DNA from: the human T2T-CHM13v2.0 reference genome, Homo sapiens
Reading direction: 5' to 3' (one strand)
Assembly: GCF_009914755.1 (NCBI RefSeq)
Contig: NC_060935.1
Length of the DNA stretch: 64,000 nt
Part shown: piece by piece, positions 29,380 through 44,309 of the stretch
Layout of the letters: every line of letters starts with the position of its first letter
Position numbering within the stretch: the first letter of the stretch is position 1
Translations under genes and position numbers: made by a program
The notes under the pieces: model-generated
Seen by the model: the letters and a program-made list of their open reading frames with translations, nothing else
The model's database searches: none
What the model was told of the DNA's origin: nothing

Positions 29380-30620
29380 GCTGGCGATGTCCGAGCTGTC
29401 TTCTGCCCTGTGGGCACCCTGCCCCCTCCCCGTCTCTGGCCATCTGGGCCCTCTCGCTTGTTCCCTCCCTCTGTGACACTCAGCTGAGGGGCGTCTTGTG
29501 CAGTGGGGCCCGGCTGGCCACCGCCTGCTAGTGTCAGGGCAGGAGCGAGCGCCGGTGGGGACGAAGGCACAGCCCACACCGGCTCCTGCCCCGGACTCAG
29601 CCACGCCCTTGTTTCATGCCTCCAGCTTTCCTGACCTTCCTGACTTGAAATGTGGGTCTCCCCAGCTTCTCGCACGGCTTTCGGGAGACAGGGTGGGAAG
29701 GAGACCCACCCGGCAGCACCGAGTCACTGGGACCCGGCTGAGGGGCTCCCTGGGGCCGACCCCGAGAGATGCCGAGAGGCGCTTTCTCGCGGACCGGAGC
29801 CTTCGACGGCCTTCCCGTGGGGGACTCTGCTCTAGCTGGGTCACCTCGTGGGGGGTGCGCGGTCTTCAGAAAATAATGAAGACCTGGAATCGGGTGGATG
29901 GGTGGACGCCGCCAACGCAGACCCTCTTTCCAGGTCTCTGCTCCTGCGGTCGGGCGGCTGCGACCGTGCCGGGGCTCGGAGGTACCGTGTGAAGTCGCTG
30001 TCGCGCGTGGCCGCGGGGCTGGCCACGGTGAAGCCCGTGCGGCGCCCGCCCCGCCCCGCCCCGGCCCCAGCAGCAGCCTCTCCCGTGGCGTGACGGCTGC
30101 CGTCTCTCCTTTCAGCCCGCCGGCCTCCATGCCGAGTGCTGTGCTTGCTGCCGGCTGCAGCCTCGGCCTGCCCTTCCCCTGCCGCGGGGCCCCGTGCTGA
30201 AGAAAGACCCCTTCCCAGGTCTGGCTGAGGCGGAGGGGAGCTTTTCCCAGCCACCTGGACGCAGGCGCCCTCGAGAGAGAAATGCCGAGGACCTGCGAAG
30301 GGGCGAGGAAGCCGATCTCTCTGCGGCCCGGAGCCTCCAGGCTCCAGAATGTCTTTGTCTTTCCAGGCTGGACTGGAGCACCCTGGTCCCTCTGCGGCTC
30401 CGCCATCGACAGCTGGGGCTGCAGGCCAAGGGCTGGAACTTCATGCTGGAGGATTCCACCTTCTGGATCTTCGGGGGCTCCATCCACTATTTCCGTGTGC
30501 CCAGGGAGTACTGGAGGGACCGCCTGCTGAAGATGAAGGCCTGTGGCTTGAACACCCTCACCACGTAGGTGCTGCCCCTGTCCCCCCGGAGCCTGGTTCC
30601 TAAGCAGGGCGCCTGGTGTC
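29380..30620. promoter_or_regulatory. Intragenic CpG island over the end of intron 1 and exon 2
   Basis: CpG-rich; GC boxes at 30044-30068. Confidence 0.75.
30367..30564 (+). CDS. GLB1L2: GLB1L2 exon 2, 198 bp (..[30 protein letters not shown])
   Basis: GH35 N-terminal motif; AG/GT boundaries. Confidence 0.96.
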
Positions 30621-31999
30621 TGCATGCGAAAAAATATAAGAGGAACCGGCCCAGGTCCTCTGCCCAGGGCGAGAGAGCCAGGGTCTCCCTCCTCCTCCCC
30701 ACCACAGAGCTCCTGACTCATGGGCGCCAAGGGACATGAAATGGATGTGAGGTCTAGAGGAACCGCAGTAGCAATGTCGCACAAAAGAGTATAGGGAAGG
30801 CGGTGAGTGCAGATTGAGGAGGTGATTCAGTGCTAGCGAATCTTTTTGTGTTACAAGCAGTCTTCCCACTTCCAGTTTATACAGCCAGTGAACGGAGTCT
30901 TCTTCAGGAGAGCTGCCTGAGAGGCTCTCTGGCCCCAGTTTTCAGCACTCCTCTTGGGCAGTGGTCTTAGAATGCTGTGGTTGCCATCCCAGCCTCTGCT
31001 GTGATGATTGGCACATGGTAGGCACGCACTAAAATGTCGAACTTGCAAATCATTTATAAAGTGTGCTCAGTTGTGAATAACCTGGATCTTTTCATGGGTT
31101 TTCCCCCCAAATTGCCAACTGATACTTGACGCTAAGTCTATGAAATAAAGGGGGTGATCAGGCTGGATTATTCCATGTTTAGGCAAAAATATGTGATTAC
31201 AAATCAAGGAGATGGCTTTTCATGGGTGGTTTATGAACTGATTTTGAAGACAGTTCCTTAAAGAGTTACAGAAACCTGCCGAGCCTTGACAACTTCCCCG
31301 AAAGGACTCCTGAAGGCTGTGGGAGTGCTGCAGGCTCAGCACTCTGACCCGCAGAAGCAGCACCGACGACACTTGCTGAAAGGCAGAGCTCGTGTGTCTG
31401 GGTTGGAAGCCAGGCAGGCTCTCCTCCTTCATCTGAGAATATTCTTTGTAGTGGGCAGAGGCTCTGCGAAAGCCAGCGATGGGGTGGGGCCGGGAGAAGA
31501 GCAGCTGCCATCACTGTGTCATCCATGAGTCGTCCCTTCCGCCTCTCGAGTTGAGCCTGTCCATGAGCCTGCTCCATCCCTTGTCCTGTCTTTCGAGTTG
31601 GAAGCTTCATTCTGTTGCCCGTTTTGGAATTCCGGGGCTTCAGTAAATATAGGATGATCACCGAGCTTTCCCCTTACTCCTTGTAGCTGTTTTTTTGATA
31701 AAGTTACATTTTCTTCTCCAATGGGGCGTGGGCATGGTAAGCTAACTGGGGTCAGAGCGCCTGACCTTTTACTCAGCCGGTCTTATGCTTCATCCAAATC
31801 TTGTTGATGCAGAGGGAAGAGGGCTTGCCCTCGATTCTGGTCCCTAGATCAGTTCACTTAGTTCTTGGTTCCAGTCCTAAAATCATGAAGAAACATATCT
31901 TTAGCCATCATATTGGATTTTTGGGCTAAAGAAGGTAATGTGAGAGGTGAAATGGAATGAATGACATGCTCTAGCCTATAATTATCATTTCTGTTGCAG

Positions 32000-32068
32000 C
32001 TATGTTCCGTGGAACCTGCATGAGCCAGAAAGAGGCAAATTTGACTTCTCTGGGAACCTGGACCTGGA
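32000..32068 (+). CDS. GLB1L2: GLB1L2 exon 3, 69 bp ([22 protein letters not shown])
   Basis: YVPWNLHEP motif; AG/GT boundaries. Confidence 0.96.
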
Positions 32069-32646
32069 GTATGTGGTGTTGCTGCTTCTGTGAACTGGTC
32101 AGGGGCAGGGCACAGAGGTGGCTACTGGGGTGGATTAGCAACCAAAGAGAACCAGGGAGGGACCTGGGTCTGGAGTCCTGTTCTAGGACTGTGAGAGGCC
32201 CTGCACCCAGGACCCAGACGCTCCCCAGTCGTGACCTGTCACCCAGAGGGACTGGGCCTGCAGCCTCCGGGCCCCACCTCTCCACTGCAGCCCAGAGGGG
32301 CAGAAGACCCTGGGAGCCGCCCGACTCTGCATGGGGTCCGGCGCCTGGGCTGGGGCAGGGCGGCCCCTCTAGGCTAGCAAGGCTATGGGGTCAGGTTCAC
32401 TGTTGAGACCACTGAGCCCTGGGTGTCACCCTTCCTCCTCAGGCCCCCGATGGGGCTGTGCAGAGGCTCTGAGGCTGGGAGCAGCTCAGGCCACCGACCT
32501 GGTGTGGGAGTCCCCGCGCTTTGGGGGTGGGGCCGAGCCGTCCCTTCGCCCCACCAGGCAGCTCCTCCACCCTGTGATGCGCGTGGCCCCCACCCGGCCT
32601 CATCCTGGGCCGTCGTGGGAGGGGCTGACGATGTGGACCTCCCTAG

Positions 32647-32742
32647 GGCCTTCGTCCTGATGGCCGCAGAGATCGGGCTGTGGGTGATTCTGCGTCCAGG
32701 CCCCTACATCTGCAGTGAGATGGACCTCGGGGGCTTGCCCAG
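32647..32742 (+). CDS. GLB1L2: GLB1L2 exon 4, 96 bp ([31 protein letters not shown])
   Basis: [10 protein letters not shown]..GGLP motif; TAG acceptor, GTAAGC donor. Confidence 0.96.
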
Positions 32743-33027
32743 GTAAGCGGGGTTGTGAAGGGTCCTGTGTGCTGTGGCAAAAAGCTCACAGACATAGGTC
32801 TGGTTTGTTTCTGTGTTCCAGTTCCCATTCTGTACTGAATTGTGTTCCAGTTCCCATTCTGTACTGAATTTCCTTTTCAGGAAAAGCAGCACCCAGAGGG
32901 GATCGCTTTCAGTGATGCTGCAGTGAGTGCCCTCACGTAGCCATGCATGGGCTGCTTGTGTGACAGGCAGCAGCAGGGCTGGCCCTCCTGGCATCTCATG
33001 CTTCAGGACTCTGCTGTGGAGCTGTGA

Positions 33028-33381
<354 letters not shown>

Positions 33382-34937
33382 TTCCCTATCTCTTTCTTAG
33401 GAATGTTACCAAGCATATTTTGAAAAGTCCAAGTATTTTGATAAAGTATAAGAGAAACAAATTCTTGTTATGGTTTTGTCTTCCTATCTCGGCCCACGTG
33501 TGTCATCTTCCCAGTGCTAGTCTTGGCTGAGTTTGGTGTTCTGTGGTTGGAGTGGAAATCTGGACAGGAATCAGCTGGGACTTCATTCATTCCTCATCCT
33601 CAACATTGTGGCCTTTAAGATTTTCTTGTTAACTGGTGTAACCTTTCTCAGCCTCCCAGTGTACCAGGTGGTTAGACCCAGACTGCCTCAGGGAAGAGGC
33701 TGATCCTTGTCCCCAAGCCGTCTCCCCTCCCCTGGTCCCTGGGGAGCCCTGGGCTTCTTTTCCTCCTGGTTTCCAGCATGACCCGCCCTTCCCTCGGGGG
33801 CATAGCTTCTGTCTCCACTACCCAGGGCCACTTCTCAGGCACTGATCCATCCAGCCTGGTAGGCTCACCCTAGTCACGAACACAGCCAGGGCAGCCTCTC
33901 CCATCCCTGTGGATTAGAAAGCTGTGTGCCACCGTCAGCGATTTCCTCGGCTCAGCCGGGGCCGGGCACAGGAGGACGAAGGGTTTAACAGTCTTAACTT
34001 AGAAGCAGTGGGGAGCTGTGGCACTCAGACTCCCCCTTCTCACCCCGCCCATGTGGCACCTGGCCATGCATGAGAGGGGCATGTGGGCACACCTGCGGAG
34101 GGGGCGTCCGGGCGTGAGTGAGAAGGCTAACCTGTCAGGTGGGGTTAGAATGTGGGGGTGTCGGTCTGGAGGAAACTGCTCTCTCCTCACCCCTTGTTTG
34201 ACCCACAGAAATGGGATAATTTCCTGACCCTGTTTAGGACTTCCAGACCAGGGCAAGAGGAGCCTCAGAGCCTTTTGTTAGAAAATATGTGTCTTCTCAG
34301 AACCTGAAGTGAGAAGGAAGAGCCCTGACTCCAGCTTTGGAACCAATCCACGCTGCTGTGTTCCTCTGGGGAGTTTGGGATCATAGCAACAGGGTGGAGG
34401 GAGAATTCAACTCTTGCTCACCTGCTGCTCTGGGCTGTGCGCCACTGATGCCAAGGCGTTAGCCACGTTGGCAAGGATGGGGACTGCCTCCTGCTCAGCC
34501 CCTCGCAGTCTCTGTCAGGCTTGTTTTTTGGGGTGACGCTAGAAGGTTGTGTCTCCTCCTTCCACAGCCTCAGTGATTCCTAACCCTTTTGACTTCACTT
34601 TTTGAAATGGGATCACAGAGCAAGTTGTTGAAAACTAGGCCTGGAGTCCTGTGAAAAGCTTTTCTCACTGCTGGCAGCCAGGCCCTGTAGCTGTGGAGCT
34701 GGAAATGAACTTCCACCAGGCTGTGTCCTTGGGGAGGGAAGCTGCAGGAGTGCGGGTGGGTGCTCGCCCCAGAATCGGTTTGCATTGTCTCCCCACTTCT
34801 GGGCTCAGTGGGGTGGAGGAGGGCACAGGTCATTCTGGAGCACTGGGGGGCCTCTCCCTTCTCACGCATCAACAGCCTGCTCACAGCAAACCCACTGTGA
34901 CACTAACATCCTTCCTTTCCCCCGTTTACACTTCAAG

Positions 34938-35046
34938 CTGGCTACTCCAAGACCCTGGCATGAGGCTGAGGACAACTTACAAGGGCTTCACCGAAGCAGT
35001 GGACCTTTATTTTGACCACCTGATGTCCAGGGTGGTGCCACTCCAG
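34938..35046 (+). CDS. GLB1L2: GLB1L2 exon 5, 109 bp ([36 protein letters not shown])
   Basis: AAG acceptor with CACTAAC branch point at 34901-34907; frame continuity. Confidence 0.95.
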
Positions 35047-35785
35047 GTACAAGCAAATGGGGTCTTCTTTGATCTTGGTCTGTCTTCCTCTAGGTCGTGG
35101 ATCATCCTTGGTTAGTTCTCAGACCAAGGGTCCTCCAGTGTTTTGAACACACGAGCAGGCTCTTCCTCACCGTCCGAGACTCGTAACTGAGGGGCTTGCA
35201 AGAGTTGTCTTTGGAAAGATCTGTGCATTTCAGTGTTGTCTCACTTGGGTGCGTTACTGAAAGGACAGACAGATGTAAGGGCTCACATTGCCACATACAG
35301 CACTGGAGAGACAGGGATGCTGTGATAGCCGGGAACACGCATCCACTGGCATCTCCATGGTTCCACAGAGACAGGGATGAGGTGATAGCCGGGAACACCC
35401 ATCTATCTACCAGTGTCCCAGTAGCACTGCGGCTCAGTTTTGCACAGGGTGGAGCACATGTGGATTAACCTTTGCCTATAAGACTGCAGGACTTTTTATA
35501 AATTATAAAATTCCTTTCGCTGACTTTACGAGATACTTCCCTCTGCTACCAAAAAGGTGCTGCATGGTACACACTTACTATTCAAAACATGCGTTAAAGT
35601 ACGTTTTGGGGGAGGAAGTACCTTAATATTTTATATAATAATTGGAAGCTTTGGAAAGCAGGAATGGGAAAAATCAACCCAGTTGCTGTGTAAAACCAGA
35701 AAGAACGGCATTGAGAAATTAGTACATCAATAAAAAATTAGTTCAAGTCAGTGGTATGGAATACTCACCACACACATAAATCAAA

Positions 35786-35970
35786 GGGAACTGCCAGATG
35801 AAACACAGGATGCTCAGTTATATTTGAGTTTCAGATAAGCAAGGAATAATTTTTTAGTGTAAATATATTCCAAATATTGCATGGGTCATACTTACACTAA
35901 AAAATTATTTGTTGTGAATTCAAATTTAACTTTATGTCTGGTATTTTTGTTTACTAAATCCGGCAGCCTT
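35786..35970. mobile_element. MER53-like palindromic hAT MITE
   Basis: Internal 18-bp perfect inverted repeat; resembles recalled MER53. Confidence 0.75.
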
Positions 35971-36309
35971 AACCATGACAGAAGCAAGGAACTAGGAAGT
36001 CATTAGCCTAGATCTTGCTGGGAAGCTGGGGATCAGCAGGTTGTAGGAGTCGGGTGGGCAGCAGGATGGCCGTCCTGGGAGCAGGCTCAGAGGCACTTGC
36101 AGACGTGCAGCGGGTCACCAATGCATCTTTTTGAAATAAACGATAACATAATTATTATTATTTAACATATTTAAATAATCACATAGTTATTTAATTTTTG
36201 TGACTATGGGATAGTATACATAACATAAACTTTGCCATTTTAACCATTTTGAAATGTACAGCTCAGCGGCATTGAGTCCACCCACACTGTTGTGTGCTCA
36301 TCTCCACAG

Positions 36310-36657
36310 CCTTAGTTCAGGCTGCCACAACCAAACACCTAGACTGAGTGGCTTACAGACAAAGAAATTCATTTCTCCCAGTTTTGGAGAGTGGGAAGTC
36401 CAAGAACAAAGCACTGGCAGATTCGGTGTCTGGAAGGGCCCCCTTCCAGGGCATATACGGCCATCTTCTTGATGCAACCTTACATGGCAGAGAGCGTCAG
36501 AGAGCTCCCTGAGGTCCCTCTTATAAGAGCACTAGCCCTGTTGGCAAGGACTCTATGCTCATAACTAATCACCACCCAAAAGTCCCACCTCTGAATACCG
36601 TCACAGTGGGGGTTAGGATTTCAACATGTAAATTTTGGGAGAACACAGTCTATTGCA
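36310..36657. mobile_element. MLT1A-like MaLR solo LTR
   Basis: Characteristic MLT1 phrases (gagtggcttacagac, ggggttaggatttcaacatg). Confidence 0.75.
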
Positions 36658-38945
36658 ACCACTGTCTATCTCCAGTCCTTTTCTGTCTTCCCCAATGTAA
36701 ACTCTGTGCCGTTAAACCCTCCATTCTTCCCTCTCTCAGCTCCTGACAGCCATTCTACTCTCTGTCTCCATGCATTTGATCATTTTAGCTACCAAATATA
36801 AGTGAAATCACATAGTATTGTGACTGGATTATTTCACTTAACAGCGCCCTCAAGGTTCATCTGTGTCATAGCCTGTGTCAGAATTTCCTTCCTTTTTAAG
36901 ACTGAATTATGTTCCATTGCATGTATATAACACGTTTGTTTATCCTTCATCCATTGACGAACGTTTGAGTTGCTTCTGCCTTTTGGCCACTGTAAATAAA
37001 GCTGCTGTGAGCATGGGTGTACAAATACCTTTCTGAGCCCCTGCTTTCGCTTCTTTTGGGTATATACCTAGAAGTGAAATTGCTGGATCAACTTGTCATT
37101 CTACATTCAGTTTTTTTTAGGAATTGCCATACCGTTTTCCACAGAAGTTGCACCAAATTACATTCCCACCAGCAATACACAAGCTTTGCAATTTCCCCAC
37201 ATCCTTGCCAACACTTGTTATTTCCTGTTTATCTGGGGAGAGCCATCAGTGGGTGTGAAGTGGTATCTCATGGTGGTTTTGATTTGCATTTCCCTGGTGA
37301 TGTTGAGCATCTTTCATGTGCTGATTGGTCTTTTGCATATCTTGGAAGAAATGTTTATTCAAGTCTTCTGCTCATTTTTGAATCTAGTTGTTTGTTTTTA
37401 TGTTGTTGATTATAGGAATTCTTTTTACTTTCTGGAGATCAATTCCTTAACAGGACCTGCCAGGACTGGGTCCTTCGCTTCAAGGCAGCAGGTTCCCTTT
37501 TGGCTCAGGGTATGTCTAGAAGTGTCTGGAAGCTAGGGCCTGGAACGAGGGCCTCTTGACTCTGCCGGCGCCCTTTCCTACTGTGGTTGAGCTGGATCCA
37601 AGATGCAAGACAAAGTCCTCTTTACTCTTTGCTCTCCTCTCCTTAAGCAGAAGGAAGGAGCCACTTTCGTTGCTGTGAGCTGCGCTACCTGGGCTTGGGG
37701 GAGGGATGTGCAAGAACTCCCTTAGCCATGCCAGCTGGTGGCTCCTTAGGCCATGCGCTGTGCTAGTACACTGGCTGTAAGCTCATCCTAGCTCCAGGAG
37801 TTGCATAGGAATTGCGGTCTTTGTGTCCTAGACTGCCTTTCATGTTTACCTAGGACTCCAGAGCACTTCAGCCCATGGTGGTGAGGCTTCCCAAGAAACT
37901 CAAGTTCCAATCACTAGGGTGGGCAGTTCCTCTCTGGCTAGGGCTGGTCCAAATGCTCCGTCTACGTGGATGCTGGCTGAGCTCAGCATGGCTTTATCCT
38001 GTGCTGTGACAAGGCAGCACTGAGTTCAATGTAAAGTTCCCCAGTCACTGTGCTCTCCCTTCCCCAAATGCACAGATCCTCTCTCCTCACCACTTGGCTG
38101 CCGCTGGGAGATGGGAGAGGGTGGCATCGGTGGTGTAAGGCTGTCTCTCTTGCCTGCCTTAATGCGTCTTTTGGTGATATGAAGTTAAAACCAGGTACTG
38201 TGACGGGTCACTTGAGTTTCGGTTTTTGTCATGGTGCTTTTCTGCGTGCAGATCACTGTTAAAATTTCGTGTTCCAGCAGGACGGATGAACGGTGCAGCC
38301 TTCTATTCCTCCATCTTGCTCCACTGTCTTTTATTTTCTTTTAGTATTTTGTTTGTAATGTACAATCAGTGTACAAATATTTCACCTCCTTGATTAAATG
38401 TATTCCCAAGTATTTTGTTGTTTTTGATGGTGTCGTAAATGGAATTGTCCCCTGATGGTGGATAAAAACAATGCATTTTTGCACATTGATTTTTTTTATC
38501 CTGCAAGCTTACTGAATTATTAGCTAGATAGTTTTTTTTAGGGGTGTGGGGATGTGCACTGTTTTCTGCATTTAAGATCATGTTGTCTGTGAACAGAGAT
38601 AACTTCTTCCTTTCCAACTTGGTTGCCTTTATTTTTTTCTTGACTAATTGCTCTGGCAGGACTTCCAGTACCGTGTTGAATAGAAGTGCTGAAAGCACGA
38701 ATGCTTGGTTTGTTCCTGATCGTAGAGGAAAAGTTTTCAGTCTTTCACCAGTGAATATGATGTTGACTGTGGGCTTTCTGTATGGGGCCTTTACTATGTT
38801 GAGGTAGTTTCCTTCTGTTCCTAGTTGACTGAGTGTTTTTTATCATGAAAGAATGTTGAATTTTATCACTTTTTTCTGCATCAATTGGGATCATCATGTG
38901 GTTTTTCCTCTTAATTTTGTTAATGCGGTATATTACATTGATTGA

Positions 38946-39353
<408 letters not shown>

Positions 39354-40260
39354 TAAGTTGGCTAACATGTTGTTGAGGGTTTTGGCATCAGTATTCATCA
39401 GGACTGTTAGTCCGTGTTTTCTTTTCTCATAGTGTCTTTTGTTTGTAATAAAAGAAAAAAGTGTCAACTTTTTTTGACACTTCTATATCCAGCAAAACTC
39501 AAAAATGAGGGAAAAATTAAGAAATTCCCAAAGAAAAGTGAAAAGAGTTTATTACTGTATTCTACCTTATAGAATAAGGTAGGAAGTGTTCCTTCCCTTT
39601 CAATTTTTGGGAAGGGTTTGAGGAAGACTGGCGTTAATTTTTCTTTAAATATTTGGTAGAATTTACCAGTGAAGCCATCTGGTCCTGGACTTTTCTTTGT
39701 TGGGAGGTTTTTAGTTACTGATTCAGTGTCCTTACTAGTTATAGGTCTGTTCAGATTTTATATTTCTTCATGATTTAGTTTTGGCATATTATATATTTCT
39801 AGGAATTTGTGTGTTTCATCTAGGTTATTTAATATTTAATTTGTTGGCGTACAATTTGTTCATATTCCTCTTCTGTAATCGTTTTTATTTCTGTAAAATC
39901 AGCAGTAATAGCCTCATGTTGTTTCTGATTTTAGTTGAGTCATATCTTTTTTCTTAGTTTAGCTGCAGTTTGTCAGTTTTGTTGATCTTTTCAAATAACC
40001 AACTCTTGGTTTCATTAATTTTTCTTTATTGTTTTTCTATTCTCTCATTGTCTATCTCTGCTCTAATCTTTATTATTTCCTTACTTCTGCTACCTTTTAG
40101 TTTGTTTCCCTTTTTCTGGTTTCTTAAGGTATAAAGTTAAGTTGTTGGTTTGAGACCTTTTGTCTTTTAAATGTATTTATAGCTATAAAATTTCCCTCTT
40201 TGCACTGCTTTCACTGTAATTCATAATTTTATTTCCATTTTCATTTTTCTCAATATGTCT

Positions 40261-40639
<379 letters not shown>

Positions 40640-40739
40640 TCAGGACTTTTTTGGTTATTGATTTCTAGTTTCATTCCATTGTGATTGGGAAAAATAAAAC
40701 TTTGTAAGATTTCAATTTTTTAAATTTATTAAAGCTTGA

Positions 40740-41063
<324 letters not shown>

Positions 41064-43442
41064 TTACTATATGGTTTATCCTGGAGAGTGTTTTATGTGC
41101 CCATGAGAAAAATGTGTATTGTGCTACTTTTGGGTGGAATGTTGTGTATATATATGTTTGGTCCAACTGGTCCATAATATTGTCTAGGTCCTCTATTTGG
41201 TTACTAATTTTCTGTCTGGTTACTCTATCCATTATTGATATTCAGATATTGAGTCTCCTACTATTATTGTCTATTTTTCCCTTTAATTTTGCCACTGTTT
41301 GGCTCATATACTTTGGAATTCTGGCATTTGGTGCATATATGTTTATAATTGTTATATCCTTTTGGTGAATTGACCCTTTTATCATTATATATATTTTATC
41401 ATGTCTTTGTCTCTTGTAACAGTTTTTGATATAAAGTCTATTTTGTTTGATATTAGCAAAGCCACCCCTCCTCTTTTGATTACTGTTTGCATAAAATATC
41501 TTTTTCCAGCCTTTCACTTCCAACCAATAAATATCCTTAGATCTGAAGTGAGTGTCTTGTAGATAGTATATAGTTGGATATCGGTTTGTTAAAAATCCAT
41601 TCTGCCAATGTATGTCTTTTGATTGGGGAGTTTAATGTGTTTACATTCAAAGTAATTACTGATAGAGAATCACTTGCTTTTGCCATTTTGTTGCTTTCTG
41701 TATGTCTTACAGCTTTTTGTCCCTCATTTCCTTTATGACTGCTTTACTTTGTATCTAGTTGATTTTTTTATAGTGACACTTTTTTATAACGATTCCCTTT
41801 ACCTTGGGATAAGGTAAAGGATATATAATATCCTAAAGTTGTGACATTCTGTTTTAAATTGATACCAACCTAACTTCAACTGCACACAAAAACTCCTTTA
41901 CAGTTCTGCCCTTCCACTTTATTTTATTGATGTCACAAATTATGTCTTCATATTGGGTGTACCCATTAACTTAAATTTATAATTATTTTATGTCTTTTAA
42001 AATCTTGTAGAAAATAAAAAGCCACATTGTAAAGAAAAATTATAATAATATTTTTATATTTTTTATGTGTCTATCTTTGCTGGAGAACTTTATATTTTCA
42101 TATAGCTTCAAATTACTCTCTAGCATTTTTTCATTTCAACTTTAGGTGTTTTTTTTCTAGGGAAGGTCTAGTGGTAATGAACTCTCTTAGCTTTACTTTG
42201 GGAATTTCTTAATTTTTCCCTCATTTTTGAGTTTTGCTGGATATAGAAGTGTCAAAAAAAAAGTTGACACTTTTTCCTTTCAGCACTTTGACTATATCAT
42301 CTCATTGCCTTCTGGCCTGAAAATTTTCTGGCTGAGATATCCTTTATAGTCTTATTGAGGATCCCTTGCCTGTGACCAAAACTTTTTCTGGCATTCAAGA
42401 ATCTCTCTTTGTCTTCAATGGTTTGATTATAGAGTGTCCCTGAGTGGTTCTCTGGAATTTTTTGAGCTCCTTAGATTTATATAATCTTGTCTTTCCTCAA
42501 ATTGGAGAAGTTTTCAGCTATTATTTTGTAAAAATAATCTCCCTGCCCTTTTATCTCTCTTTTTCTTCTAAGAAACCCATAATTCATATATTATTCTGCT
42601 TGAAGATGTTGTGTAAGCCCCTTAGGCTCTGTTCACTTTTCTTTATTCTTTTATCTCCTCAGACCTGATCATTTCTGATAACCTGTGTTTAAGTTTGCTT
42701 TTCTTTCTTCTACCTGTTTGAATCTGCCGTTGAACTCCTCTAGTGAATTTTTCAATTTATATATGGTATATTTCAGCCCCAGAAGTTCCTTTGGTTCTTT
42801 TAAAAATAATCTCTGTTTCTTTGTTGATATTCTCTTTTTCTTCATATATCATTTGCCTGGTTTCCTTTAGCTCCTTGAGCATATTTACGACAGCTGTTAT
42901 AGATCTTGCTCTACTGAGTCTGGTGTGTGTGTTTCTTCAGATACTGCTTTTGGAGATTTATTTTGTTCCTTTGATGAGTCATACTTCCCTGTTTCTTTTT
43001 ATGTTTGTGTTTTTTTGGTTGAACATTGGGCTTTTGAAAAAACAAACACCTATTTCAGTTTTTGCATGTTTTCAGGGGAACCCTCACTAATTAGTGGGCC
43101 CCTAAGCCCGGAGATCAGCCCAACATGAAGACTTAAGAGCTGATATTTTCTGGGCATGTGTTCTGTCTGTATCTGTGTGTGTGCTTCCCTCCCTACCTCC
43201 CCTCCCTGGTCGCTTTCAAGGGTCTTTAATTCCCAGAGTCTCACCCCAGCTTCTTCTTGTGGCCTTAGATGCTTTTCATTTTCTTTTGCTGTAATTCTTT
43301 TCCCCCAGGCATCCAAGGCTTTATAGTCCTCTGGCAGCTTTCATATGCTGCCATCTTTAGCTTCCAGCCTGAAGTCCAAACTATGTTGACGATTCCTGTT
43401 TGAGCTCCATGTCAGACAAGACAGAAACCAGTACGTTGGGCA

Positions 43443-43508
43443 GAACAAGTTAGAACATCGTGAACAAGTTAGAACATTGTAAACAAGTTAGAACATTATC
43501 AACAAGTT
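43443..43508. repeat. 19-bp tandem repeat, ~3.5 copies (aacaagttagaacatYRt core)
   Basis: Directly visible. Confidence 0.85.
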
Positions 43509-43913
43509 CCATTTTGCTTCTTCCCCATGAGGGAGCGGGGAGTTGGGACGCATCCTCCTGACCACACCATGCTACATTGGGGTGGGGCAAGAACTTGTGA
43601 AAACATCATACAATTTTGTACCATTTTGCATATGACTTTTTGTTTTGATTTGGTGGTCACTTGTTTGGTTAGACACTTAAATGGTTTCCAGAGCTCCTAT
43701 TAAGTTATTTTAGTCAGTCTGGAGTTGTTTTCTTGATGTTTTCATGGGAGAACAAGGGCCTAGTGCTTCTTCCACTGTCTTATTGATACTAATCTTTTGA
43801 GATTTTAGTTTTCAATGGGATCTTTTGCTAGTCACTGGTGATGGGCGTGGCAGGGTTGGATACTACAGTTCCCCTGCACACTCAGCTCCTGGTTTTCTGT
43901 CTTTTCTCCGCAG

Positions 43914-44006
43914 TACAAGCGTGGGGGACCTATCATTGCCGTGCAGGTGGAGAATGAATATGATTCCTATAATAAAGACCCCGCATACATGCCCTACGTC
44001 AAGAAG
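43914..44006 (+). CDS. GLB1L2: GLB1L2 exon 6, 93 bp ([31 protein letters not shown]); putative acid/base Glu201
   Basis: GGPIIxxQVENEY GH35 catalytic motif; AG/GT boundaries. Confidence 0.96.
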
Positions 44007-44309
44007 GTAAGAATCCTCTTAGTGCGTTTCTTTAGATTCCTTCCTCTGGAGTGTGCTATAGGCTGTGGTGTGACATGTGGGTCTAATATTTTTCTCATAT
44101 TAATACATCCTCCAACATCATGTATTAGTGAATTTTCTCTGTTGTTTTATTTCAACAGGGTTGTCACTTATTTACCCTTGATTGAGTTTCATCTGGGAAT
44201 TTCAGTACACACCTGGTATTGCAGGGGCTGGGAATAAAGGAATTGGCTTAATTGCGTGGTGATGATTAGGAAGGCTTCCTGGAGAGGCGGCTCCAATTCT
44301 AAAGTCTAA

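Noticed and set aside
29597-30784. 395-aa minus-strand ORF
   Set aside because: Non-ATG start, GC-rich CpG island antisense to exon 2, no recognisable domain; expected by chance at this GC content
32812-32869. 29-bp duplication, and similar short duplications near 35307, 49915 and 55518
   Set aside because: Ordinary slippage duplications without functional clues
43971-43976. AATAAA inside exon 6
   Set aside because: Encodes Asn-Lys; 30 nt from a strong donor, no sign of use
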